Assembly: GCA_023245565.1 (NCBI GenBank)
Contig: JAHFKB010000005.1
Location: forward strand, 1-39,973
Origin: an archaeon
GTDB lineage: Archaea > Nanobdellota > Nanobdellia > SCGC-AAA011-G17 > GW2011-AR18
DNA: 39,973 nucleotides
Direction of reading: 5' to 3'
The notes under the pieces: model-generated
The model's database searches: none
The model's input: only the letters and a program-made list of their open reading frames with translations
What the model was told of the DNA's origin: nothing
Position numbers and translations under genes: made by a program
Shown here: positions 1-7,372 of the stretch, one piece after another
Layout of the letters: the number at the start of each line of letters is the position of its first letter
Numbering within the stretch: the first letter of the stretch is position 1

Positions 1-68
1 TCGAACCTGCGTAGACCTGAGTCACTAGGTCCTAAGCCTAGCCCGTTTGGCCACTCCGGCACCCCCGC
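1..68 (-). tRNA. tRNA-Leu (anticodon UAG), 5' portion only; the 3' end lies beyond the window edge
   Basis: The reverse complement reads GCGGGGG-UG-CCG-GAGUGGCCAAA-CGG-G-CUAGG-CUUAGGA-CCUAG, then a long variable arm (UGACUCAGGUCUAC), then GCAGG-UUCGA. It has an acceptor stem, a D arm, an anticodon loop with UAG and a class II variable arm. It is locally GC-rich in an AT-rich background. Confidence 0.85.
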
Positions 69-118
69 ATAAATTAAAAACAAAAGAACTTACTATAAAA
101 GATTTATTATTTTAAAAA

Positions 119-331
119 TTAATGAGAATGATGTCTATATCTTACTAAAGATTTACCATTTTTTCTTTTAGTCTGCCAATTATAACTTCTTAACTTTGTT
201 GTATCACCATAACCGCATGATGCACATTTTTTATTTCTAACATGATAAGAACGTTTTCCACATCTTCTACATCTTTGAACAAGGTGTCTGCCCCTGCTCT
301 TTTGACCCATTGATGCTGTACCTTTAGTCAT
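119..331 (-). CDS. rpl37e: 50S ribosomal protein L37e
   Basis: 70-aa ORF starting MTKGT.SMG. It has the C4 zinc ribbon CRRCGKRSYH..KKCASCGYG typical of L37e, and it is adjacent to an LSm gene as in many archaea. Confidence 0.95.
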   Translation of the reverse strand: MTKGTASMGQKSRGRHLVQRCRRCGKRSYHVRNKKCASCGYGDTTKLRSYNWQTKRKNGKSLVRYRHHSH

Positions 332-341
332 TTAGAACACC

Positions 342-563
342 TTAAGCTGTTGAAATAAATATTATTGTGTCTCCTCTTATGAAGACTGTACCTAATTTTC
401 TTGTAGTTTCATTATTTACTTTTTCTTCAGAATCTTCAATAACCATATTTACATGCTGGTCAAATGATTTTAGTTTACCGATTAATTGCTTTCCACTTTT
501 TAATTCTATTATAATTCCTTTTCCTTTAGACTCGTTTAAAGTATCAAATGGTCTTAGCTCCAT
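342..563 (-). CDS. Sm-like archaeal protein (LSm/SmAP)
   Basis: 73 aa. The Sm1/Sm2 pattern is present: IIELKSGKQLIGKLKSFDQHVNMVIEDSEE ... VFIRGDTIIFIS. Confidence 0.9.
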   Translation of the reverse strand: MELRPFDTLNESKGKGIIIELKSGKQLIGKLKSFDQHVNMVIEDSEEKVNNETTRKLGTVFIRGDTIIFISTA

Positions 564-671
564 GTTTTTTAGTTTCTTGAATTGGTATATAAAGTTTCCT
601 ATGATTTTTAGTAATTTTATTTAATTCTTTAAATCAAAAATTATATAAACACTTTTTATTTTCGAGGGTTT

Positions 672-1052
672 ATGGTAGTATATCAAAGACGTCCGAAAAG
701 AAAAGCTAGTGGTGGTAGATATAGATTCCCTGAAGGAAAAAAATTATCTAATATGGGTTCTATTCCAACATTAACAAAAGTTGGTAAAACTAAATTAAAA
801 GTTAGAAGAGAGATAGGTGGAAATTTAAAAAATACTTTATTGTCTGTTAATCAAATTAATGTTATTAATCCAAAAACTAAAAAAGCAGAAAAGGTTGAAG
901 TTGTTAATGTATTAGAAAGCCCTTCTAATAGAAACTTTATTAGAAGAAATATTATTACTAAAGGATCAATTTTAGAAACTAAATTAGGAAAGGTTAGAGT
1001 AACTTCTAGACCTGGACAAGAAGGAACACTTAATGGTGTTTTGATTTCTTAG
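672..1052 (+). CDS. rps8e: 30S ribosomal protein S8e
   Basis: 126 aa. The basic N-terminus YQRRPKRKASGGRYR and the overall S8e layout are present. Confidence 0.93.
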   Translation: MVVYQRRPKRKASGGRYRFPEGKKLSNMGSIPTLTKVGKTKLKVRREIGGNLKNTLLSVNQINVINPKTKKAEKVEVVNVLESPSNRNFIRRNIITKGSILETKLGKVRVTSRPGQEGTLNGVLIS

Positions 1053-1689
1053 ATTTATTAAGATAAAAAATAATTGCTACTAGAATTATTAATATAACAA
1101 ACATGATAATTAAAGTTGTATCAAATTTACTTTCATTTTTAGAATTTGTTGTTTGAATTGTTGTTGGATCTATAACTTGAGATTTTTTAGGTAAAACATC
1201 GCTTAAGCTTTTACCTGGTTTTAAAAATGGAGCATTAAAAAATAAAACTATATTTCTTTTTTCTGAAGTATTTTCATAATGAGTTACTACTTGTTTTAAA
1301 ATCATAAATGGCATAAATTTGTAAGTATAATTAATTTGATAATCCTTATTAGGAATTAAATTAACTTCTTGATAATTTTTTCCGTCAATTGAAAGTAATA
1401 ATTTTGTAGCATCTGGTGTTATTTCTTTTACAATTAAACTATTTTTTATTATAGTTACTTCTGTATCTGGATCTACAATATTAAAATCAAGCTTTGTACC
1501 TTCAAATATTCTTAAATAAGACCTTGAAAACATTGGTAATGATGTTGTTGCATTTTGACCTTGAGGTATTGTTATTTCAGAAGTTGCTTGATTTATATTA
1601 CTAGTAATATCAAACTCTTTTTTTGGTGTAGCAGCAAATGCTATATTTAAAACTAATAATAATATTAAAAATAAAATTATTTTTCTCAT
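1030..1689 (-). CDS. hypothetical secreted or surface protein with a C-terminal membrane anchor
   Basis: The track ORF is 1030..1776. I start it at the internal ATG (1689) because MRKIILFLILLLVLNIAFA is a signal peptide. The C-terminus has a hydrophobic helix LIIMFVILIILVAIIFYL followed by KSKKSK. Confidence 0.55.
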   Translation of the reverse strand: MRKIILFLILLLVLNIAFAATPKKEFDITSNINQATSEITIPQGQNATTSLPMFSRSYLRIFEGTKLDFNIVDPDTEVTIIKNSLIVKEITPDATKLLLSIDGKNYQEVNLIPNKDYQINYTYKFMPFMILKQVVTHYENTSEKRNIVLFFNAPFLKPGKSLSDVLPKKSQVIDPTTIQTTNSKNESKFDTTLIIMFVILIILVAIIFYLNKSKKSKHH

Positions 1690-1889
1690 AAAATTAAAAC
1701 TTTTTTTATTATTTATAAGTGTTGCTAAATATTCTTCTATTAAGGTTTTAAGCCTTTGTTTACTGCCTATTGTCACTTTAGATAAGTAAATTAAAAAGAA
1801 AAGCTTTATATATAAAAGTAGTTCATAATATATAAATATTTTTATAAATTTAAGAGGGGTATAAATATTAGGGAGAGCTATTTCAAAAA

Positions 1890-2831
1890 ATGCCTGGCGA
1901 ATATATAAAAAAATGTCCTGAATGTGGTGGGACTAATCTTCTAATACAAAAAGATAAAGGTGAAGCAATCTGTAGAGACTGTGGTCTTGTTATTGAAGAA
2001 AAAATGATTGACTTTGGTCAAGAATGGAGAGAGTTTTCTGATGAGCAAGCTTCTAAACGTAGAAGAACTGGTGCTCCTATGTCTTATACTAAATTTGATA
2101 GGGGTTTAGGAACTGATATTGGACAGAAAGGAGATATTTATCAATTAACTGCTAAAGGGAAAAATAAATTTTTTAGATTAAGAAAATGGCAACATAGAAT
2201 TAGTACTGCTATTGAAAGAAATTTAAAATTAGCATTAGCTGAATTAAAAAGAGTAAGTTCTTATTTAAAATTACCAAAATCTGTTGAAGAAGAAGCAGCT
2301 AGAATTTATACTATGGCTGTACAAAGAGGTTTAGTAAGAGGAAGATCAATGGAAAGTGTTGTTGCTGGTTCATTATATGCTTCTTGTAGAAGACATGAAG
2401 TTCCTAGAACATTAGATGAATTAAGTGAAGCTTCTGGTATAGATAAAAAAGAAGTTGGAAGAACTTATAGATTTATTACAAGAGAATTAGGAATTAGAAT
2501 TTTACCTAGTAATCCTGTTGACTACTTGCCAAGATTTGTTTCTGCTTTAAAATTAAGTGCTGAAACTCAAAGTAAAGCTGTTGATATTTTAAATAAAGCA
2601 AGAGATGCTGAGTTAACTTCTGGAAGAGGACCTACTGGTATTGCTGCTGCTTCATTATATGTTGCTGCTTTAATGAATAATGAAAAAAGAACTCAGAGGG
2701 AAGTTGCTGATGTTGCTGGTGTTACAGAAGTTACAATTAGAAATAGATATAAGGAATTACTTAAAGAATTAGATCTTAAAGATAAAGTTAAGAAGAAATT
2801 ATTAAAAGAAGTTGAAGACGAAGAAAAGTAA
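1890..2831 (+). CDS. tfb: transcription initiation factor IIB (TFB)
   Basis: 313 aa. There is an N-terminal zinc ribbon CPECGG...CRDCG and two cyclin-fold repeats (RGRS..VVAGSLYASCR and GRGPTGIAAASLYVAA). Confidence 0.97.
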   Translation: MPGEYIKKCPECGGTNLLIQKDKGEAICRDCGLVIEEKMIDFGQEWREFSDEQASKRRRTGAPMSYTKFDRGLGTDIGQKGDIYQLTAKGKNKFFRLRKWQHRISTAIERNLKLALAELKRVSSYLKLPKSVEEEAARIYTMAVQRGLVRGRSMESVVAGSLYASCRRHEVPRTLDELSEASGIDKKEVGRTYRFITRELGIRILPSNPVDYLPRFVSALKLSAETQSKAVDILNKARDAELTSGRGPTGIAAASLYVAALMNNEKRTQREVADVAGVTEVTIRNRYKELLKELDLKDKVKKKLLKEVEDEEK

Positions 2832-2862
2832 AACTTATAAATTTTTTTCTTAAATTTTAAAT

Positions 2863-3309
2863 ATGGCTAATTATTATTTACCTTACTCTAGAAATTTAGT
2901 TAGAAGAATTGAAGATATGAATTCCAATCATGAAATTACTCGTAGATTTTTTAGATTAGGTTTTAAAGAATTTTATTTTGAAATGGGATTGGGAATTCCT
3001 ATATCAGCTTCTTGCAGCGGTAGAATTATAGAAGCTAAAGAGAATAGAAGAATTAATGGTTCTGAGCATGAAAGAATTATTCATAATACCAATATTGTTA
3101 GAATACTTCATGATGATGGGAGTGTTGCAGATTATGTTCATTTGTATCCTGCTGTAAAAGTAAATCAATTAATTAGAGCTGGGGAAAAATTAGGATTTGT
3201 GGCTGTTAGTTCTTTAGATCCAAATCCGCATTTGCATTTGGAATTTTATACAGATAGATCAAGAAAACAAACAGTTGAAATATATGAATTAAAATTTCCT
3301 AGGAGATAA
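2863..3309 (+). CDS. LytM/M23-like (duplicated hybrid motif) domain protein, probably degenerate
   Basis: 148 aa. ILHDDGSVADYVHL..VKVNQLIRAGEKLGFV....PHLHLEFY matches the M23 core (xYxHL, V.xGxxVxxGxxIG, HxH). The upstream HxGxD zinc motif reads EMGLG instead. Confidence 0.45.
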   Translation: MANYYLPYSRNLVRRIEDMNSNHEITRRFFRLGFKEFYFEMGLGIPISASCSGRIIEAKENRRINGSEHERIIHNTNIVRILHDDGSVADYVHLYPAVKVNQLIRAGEKLGFVAVSSLDPNPHLHLEFYTDRSRKQTVEIYELKFPRR

Positions 3310-3339
3310 ATAGATATACTAAATCTATTCATAAGATTT

Positions 3340-3771
3340 ATGGGTGTTTTTAGAAAAATATTTTTTGCACTAGGTCTTTCTGCAGCTTCTGCTAACGTGC
3401 CAGTTTCAGGACAAGAAAATGTTGCTTATGCTCGAGAAAATTTTGATTTAAGAAGTATTAGAATGGAGATAATGGAATTTAAAGCAGAAGTTCAAAAAGA
3501 ACAAGCTGATGTAGAAGATATAAATTTTAGGGTCAAAAATATTTTAAAAGAGAAAAATGTTGGAAGAAGAAAAATTATGCAAAAAAAATTAGATAAAGAT
3601 AGACAAGCGGTAGCAAACCAATATAATATTCTTGTTAAAAAGGGAAACAATTTAAAGCAGGAATTATCAAAATTAAAATCTAAAATTGATGGTGATGAAT
3701 TTAAAAACTTAAGGGAAATAGTTAATTTTTCAAATAGTTCGTTAATAAGAATGACTTTTGAAAATTATTAG
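3340..3771 (+). CDS. hypothetical coiled-coil protein with an N-terminal hydrophobic or signal segment
   Basis: 143-aa ORF. MGVFRKIFFALGLSAASA is followed by a heptad-like Lys/Glu-rich sequence. Confidence 0.5.
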   Translation: MGVFRKIFFALGLSAASANVPVSGQENVAYARENFDLRSIRMEIMEFKAEVQKEQADVEDINFRVKNILKEKNVGRRKIMQKKLDKDRQAVANQYNILVKKGNNLKQELSKLKSKIDGDEFKNLREIVNFSNSSLIRMTFENY

Positions 3772-3823
3772 TTTTCAACTAAAACACACAAAACTTTAAA
3801 AAGAAATTAATTTTCATATTACT

Positions 3824-4180
3824 ATGACGTGTTTAGTAGCTTGTTTAAGTACTGGAAAAGGAACATGGGGGCATGTTTCTAGATTAATTGCAGATGGACA
3901 ATGGGATAAAATATTTCTTATAACAAATGATTTTGGCAAAGAGAATTTTAATAATGAGAAACAAGCTGAGATGATTGTTGTTGATTCAAGAGTTGGATTA
4001 GAAGATTTAAGAGAAAAAATAAAGTTAGGATTACAAGGAAAATTAACTGGAACTGAAGTTGCTGTTAATTTAATATCTGGTGAAGGCAAGGAACATATGG
4101 CTATTTTATCTGCTATATTACAATTAGGTTTTGGAATGAGATTTATGGCATTAACTAAAGATGGCATAAAGGAAATTTAA
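3824..4180 (+). CDS. hypothetical protein (small alpha/beta-like)
   Basis: 118-aa ORF with ordinary protein composition. The overlapping minus-strand ORF has antisense-type Ser/Pro/Asn/Cys-rich composition. Confidence 0.55.
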   Translation: MTCLVACLSTGKGTWGHVSRLIADGQWDKIFLITNDFGKENFNNEKQAEMIVVDSRVGLEDLREKIKLGLQGKLTGTEVAVNLISGEGKEHMAILSAILQLGFGMRFMALTKDGIKEI

Positions 4181-4214
4181 AAAACTATATATATTAATTG
4201 TTATTAATTATTTT

Positions 4215-4862
4215 ATGGGTTTTTTAGATAGTATCTTTGGCACAAGCGAAGAGAGGGAAAAAATTAATGCTATTAAAAAACTTTTAGCAGGTATTAAAAA
4301 CGAAGTTAATTATGTTAAAAAAATATTCTCAATTTATCAATCAACAGGTGATCTTCAACGCCTTATGAATGAATATATGGTGTACAGAAATGCATTAATG
4401 GCAGCTCTTGATAGTGCTTTGATATGTATTAAAGATGGAAAGTATGTTAATGATATGGATTATGAATATAAAGAAACTTTAAATCGAACTCCATATTTAC
4501 TTACAAAAATTGAAGCACAAAGTTATATTGGTATTTTAGAGAGATCTGTTACACAAAAATTTGATTTTTCAGAACTTCCTTCTTATTTTCGTATTATTTT
4601 ATTTAGTGAACTTTCTGAAGAACAAGTAAATGGTTTTGTTAATCTTGCTATTTTAAATTTTAATTTAGGACAAGAATTAAGAAATGTTCTTGATCAAAGT
4701 AGAGATGCTGTATTAAAAGGAATAAAAGTATCTAAGAGAAAGGTTTCTGCTAGTTCTTCATCTTATACATCATCAGAAGAAGGTAGTGATGTTACTCCTT
4801 TAAGAAAAAAATTGAAGCAAAAACCTGACACTCGTATAAAAGAAGATAGAAAAGCTGCGTAA
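4215..4862 (+). CDS. hypothetical protein with an N-terminal amphipathic MGFLDSIFG motif and a Ser-rich basic tail
   Basis: 215-aa ORF. I recognise no family. Confidence 0.5.
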   Translation: MGFLDSIFGTSEEREKINAIKKLLAGIKNEVNYVKKIFSIYQSTGDLQRLMNEYMVYRNALMAALDSALICIKDGKYVNDMDYEYKETLNRTPYLLTKIEAQSYIGILERSVTQKFDFSELPSYFRIILFSELSEEQVNGFVNLAILNFNLGQELRNVLDQSRDAVLKGIKVSKRKVSASSSSYTSSEEGSDVTPLRKKLKQKPDTRIKEDRKAA

Positions 4863-4896
4863 AAAGGTTTTTAAATTCTTTAAATTATTACTTTGT

Positions 4897-5931
4897 ATGG
4901 GAGAATTGTTTGATAAGATATTAAAGTCAGATGAATCTATTTTCCTTAATCCTCAATTCTTAGATTATGATTATCAACCAAAATTAATTCCATTTAGAGA
5001 AACACAGCAGCAGCAGATAGCAACTTCTATTAAACCATTATTACAAAGAAGAAATGGTAAAAATGTTGTTGTTGTTGGAAAACCTGGAGTAGGTAAAACT
5101 GTTTCTTTAAAACATGTTTTAAATGAATTAAAAGATGATTATGGTGATGAAGTTTTTTGTTTATATGTTAACTGCTGGAAAAGAGATACTTCTTTTAAAA
5201 TTATTTCTGATATATGCCAGCAAGTAAATTATAAATGGACTCATGGTAAAAATTTTGATGAATTATTAGAAGCTGCTGCTGAAATAATTAATGAAAAATC
5301 TATAGTTGTTGTTCTAGATGAAGCTGATAAATTACAAGATCATAATATTATTTATAATATATTAGAAGATTTTCATAGAAGGGGCATTATATTAATAACA
5401 AATGATAATGGTTTTCTTGCAAAAATTGATGCTAGAATAAGATCAAGATTAATTCCTGATATTTTAGAATTTAAACCTTATAATTTAGAACAAACTAGTT
5501 TTATATTAAAACAAAGAGCAGAATATGCTTTTGTTTCTGGTACTTTAGATGAAGATTCTTTAAATATTATAGTTAAAAAAACTTTTGAACTTGGAGATAT
5601 AAGAGCAGGTTTATTTTTACTTAAACAATCTGGTGAAATTGCAGAAAATAAAAGTTCTAAAAAAATTACTATAGAATTTGTACAAGAAGCAATGATTTCT
5701 TTAATAGATTTAGACAAAGATTTAGACTTAGATTCTTTATTAGAAATAATTAAAGAAAATACTGGTAAAAATAAAAATGATTTATTTAAGATTTATGAAG
5801 AAAAATGCGGGAAGAGCATTAGAACTTTTCAAAGAAAAATAAATGAACTTGAAAAATTGGGAAGAATTAAACATGGTGAAGAAGTTGATGAATCTGGATT
5901 TAAACAAACTGTTATTCAATATTTAGATTAA
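4897..5931 (+). CDS. cdc6: Orc1/Cdc6 replication initiator
   Basis: 344 aa. Walker A is GKPGVGKT, Walker B is VVVLDEADKL, sensor regions are present, and the C-terminus looks like a winged helix. Confidence 0.94.
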   Translation: MGELFDKILKSDESIFLNPQFLDYDYQPKLIPFRETQQQQIATSIKPLLQRRNGKNVVVVGKPGVGKTVSLKHVLNELKDDYGDEVFCLYVNCWKRDTSFKIISDICQQVNYKWTHGKNFDELLEAAAEIINEKSIVVVLDEADKLQDHNIIYNILEDFHRRGIILITNDNGFLAKIDARIRSRLIPDILEFKPYNLEQTSFILKQRAEYAFVSGTLDEDSLNIIVKKTFELGDIRAGLFLLKQSGEIAENKSSKKITIEFVQEAMISLIDLDKDLDLDSLLEIIKENTGKNKNDLFKIYEEKCGKSIRTFQRKINELEKLGRIKHGEEVDESGFKQTVIQYLD

Positions 5932-5940
5932 ATCTTTTAA

Positions 5941-6067
5941 TTTTTGTTAATGAAAATTTATCTTATATTCTAGAAAATATACTTTATTATTCAAATGACG
6001 ACGACACGACAAGGTGGACGCGCATAGGATATTTAAAGGAAAAATTCTAATATTATTTTATGAAAGG
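5941..6067 (+). repeat. 127-bp promoter/leader repeat, copy 1 (partner at 18509..18635)
   Basis: Hand alignment shows a 52-bp core (5963..6014 vs 18530..18581) with one mismatch, and flanks roughly 80-85% identical. It contains a TATA-like TTATATTC and a conserved 10-codon mini-ORF (5995..6027). Confidence 0.85.
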
Positions 6068-6079
6068 AGGTATTCAAAA

Positions 6080-6175
6080 ATGCTGCCAATAGAATTTGAA
6101 TTAGATAAAATATCTATTTTATTTAGTGATCAATTAAGGAGATTGCCTTTAATTGAAAGAAAAAGGAGGAATTAA
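6080..6175 (+). CDS. 31-aa micro-ORF with a strong Shine-Dalgarno sequence (MLPIEFELDKISILFSDQLRRLPLIERKRRN)
   Basis: The ATG is preceded by AAAGGAGGTATTCAAAA. The ORF is too short to appear in the ORF track. Confidence 0.35.
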   Translation: MLPIEFELDKISILFSDQLRRLPLIERKRRN

Positions 6176-6177
6176 AA

Positions 6178-6279
6178 ATGGAAATACAAGAACTAGTTAT
6201 AGATTATGAATATTTATTGGACAATGATGAGATAAGTCCAAAAGAAGCTGCTTTTATAGAAGGATACTTTGATGAATAA
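6178..6279 (+). CDS. 33-aa acidic micro-ORF with a strong Shine-Dalgarno sequence (MEIQELVIDYEYLLDNDEISPKEAAFIEGYFDE)
   Basis: The ATG is preceded by AAAGGAGGAATTAAAA, almost the same initiation region as the upstream micro-ORF. It starts 2 nt after that ORF's stop codon. Confidence 0.35.
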   Translation: MEIQELVIDYEYLLDNDEISPKEAAFIEGYFDE

Positions 6280-7275
6280 TTATCTATAAGGTCCTAATGA
6301 CTTATTTAATTTTCTTTCTTTTTTAAAATTAAAAAATTTTGCGCGACGCAACCCAAGCACATCATCCACGACGCCAGGCCCCCTGTCCAAATCCAAGCTC
6401 AACTCAGAGCCCCTGCCACGGATGGCGGCAATTTCATTATTTCTTGGATACCAATAATAATATTCTCCTTTTTCTTTTAATTTTTCAGGATAACCATATT
6501 CATTTATATCTTCTTTGTCAAACCGTCCATCTTGTTGTATTAAATTAATTTCTATTTCTTTATTATTTATTTTTAATGTATTTTTATTTATTATTTGATC
6601 TTCTAACCATTCTGCATATTTACTTTTCATTTCATTTAAAGTTTCTTGAGCTTCTGTATCTCCTTGAGATTCTTTTTCTTTTAACCAAGGAATAAAAACT
6701 AAGTACATTATACCTGCTGTTAATAATTTATAACCTTGATCTTTTACTAATTTTCTTCCATTTATTTGATTTATATTTCTTTTAAATATTTTCTTTTCTA
6801 CTAATAAACCATCTGCTGAATCTAAATCCATATAATTTGCTTTTTTTAAAAAATTTCTATATTTTGGAGTTGTGTGACTAATAATATATTCTTTTGGAAT
6901 TATATATAATTCTTCTTCTATTTCTTTAGTAAAGAAAAAATCTACATTATTAAATAATTCTTTTATTTTAGACAAATAAACTTTTACTGCTTCTTGTTGA
7001 TTATTATTTAATTTAAAATATAATTCAAATTTAGGTTCATTGTATTCTAAATTTAGTATTTGTTTTACATATTCAAAATCTTTAATATCTATTGTTTTAG
7101 ATTTTTCTATAATTTCTAAGGCCTTTTTTAAATCTTCTAAATAATTAACTTTGTATTCTTCTTTTACTTCTAAATTAGCTATGAAAATTATATATTCTTT
7201 TAATAATTTTTTTAAATTTCTATTAGCAGTAATGTCTTTTGTTAATATTTTTTTAAGTCTAGTAAGTATATCCAT
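6280..7275 (-). CDS. hypothetical protein with an FGE/DUF1566-like (C-type lectin fold) C-terminus carrying a GC-rich codon island
   Basis: 331-aa ORF. The C-terminus YYYWYPRN..IRGRGS...DRGPGVVDDVLGLRRAKFF is homologous to the C-terminus of ORF 27416..28507. See findings. Confidence 0.7.
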   Translation of the reverse strand: MDILTRLKKILTKDITANRNLKKLLKEYIIFIANLEVKEEYKVNYLEDLKKALEIIEKSKTIDIKDFEYVKQILNLEYNEPKFELYFKLNNNQQEAVKVYLSKIKELFNNVDFFFTKEIEEELYIIPKEYIISHTTPKYRNFLKKANYMDLDSADGLLVEKKIFKRNINQINGRKLVKDQGYKLLTAGIMYLVFIPWLKEKESQGDTEAQETLNEMKSKYAEWLEDQIINKNTLKINNKEIEINLIQQDGRFDKEDINEYGYPEKLKEKGEYYYWYPRNNEIAAIRGRGSELSLDLDRGPGVVDDVLGLRRAKFFNFKKERKLNKSLGPYR

Positions 7276-7372
7276 ATATTTTTATTTAATATATACTACA
7301 TAAATTTAACTAATTTATTTTATTGTCCTTTTAATAATAAAGCATTTAAACCTTCTATATTTTATTTTATTT

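Noticed and set aside
367-624. 85-aa plus-strand ORF
   Set aside because: It is antisense to the well-supported LSm gene. It is Phe/Ser/Ile-rich with shadow-ORF composition and has no recognisable motifs.
1690-1776. N-terminal extensions of track ORFs (also 11326..11400, 16827..16853, 20126..20206, 14060..14062, 10768..10773)
   Set aside because: The extensions precede conserved family N-termini or signal peptides. Several start at TTG/GTG immediately upstream of an ATG that matches the family start, so I preferred the shorter gene models.
3814-4167. 117-aa minus-strand ORF
   Set aside because: It is the mirror of ORF 3824..4180. The minus-frame product is Ser/Pro/Asn/Cys-rich, typical of the antisense of Lys/Glu-rich coding sequence, so I kept the plus-strand ORF.
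5478-5717. 79-aa minus-strand ORF
   Set aside because: It lies inside the Orc1/Cdc6 gene on the opposite strand and is a shadow ORF.
5995-6027. GC-rich part of the leader repeat as the DGR template repeat for the island at 6341-6429
   Set aside because: I attempted hand alignment in both orientations. Only short chance matches appear (gtcgtg, gttgcg), and there is no colinear ~90-bp identity with A-specific mismatches.
4863-6079. Replication origin with ORB repeats flanking the orc1/cdc6 gene
   Set aside because: I found no repeated ORB-like dyads or multiple inverted boxes on either side of the gene. The only repeat nearby is the leader module, which recurs next to an endonuclease gene rather than flanking an AT-rich unwinding element.
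6339-6548. 69-aa plus-strand ORF (MRDATQAHHPRRQAP...)
   Set aside because: It is open only because the GC-rich island lacks stop codons. It is antisense to the lectin-fold gene and has a low-complexity Pro/Gln/His composition.
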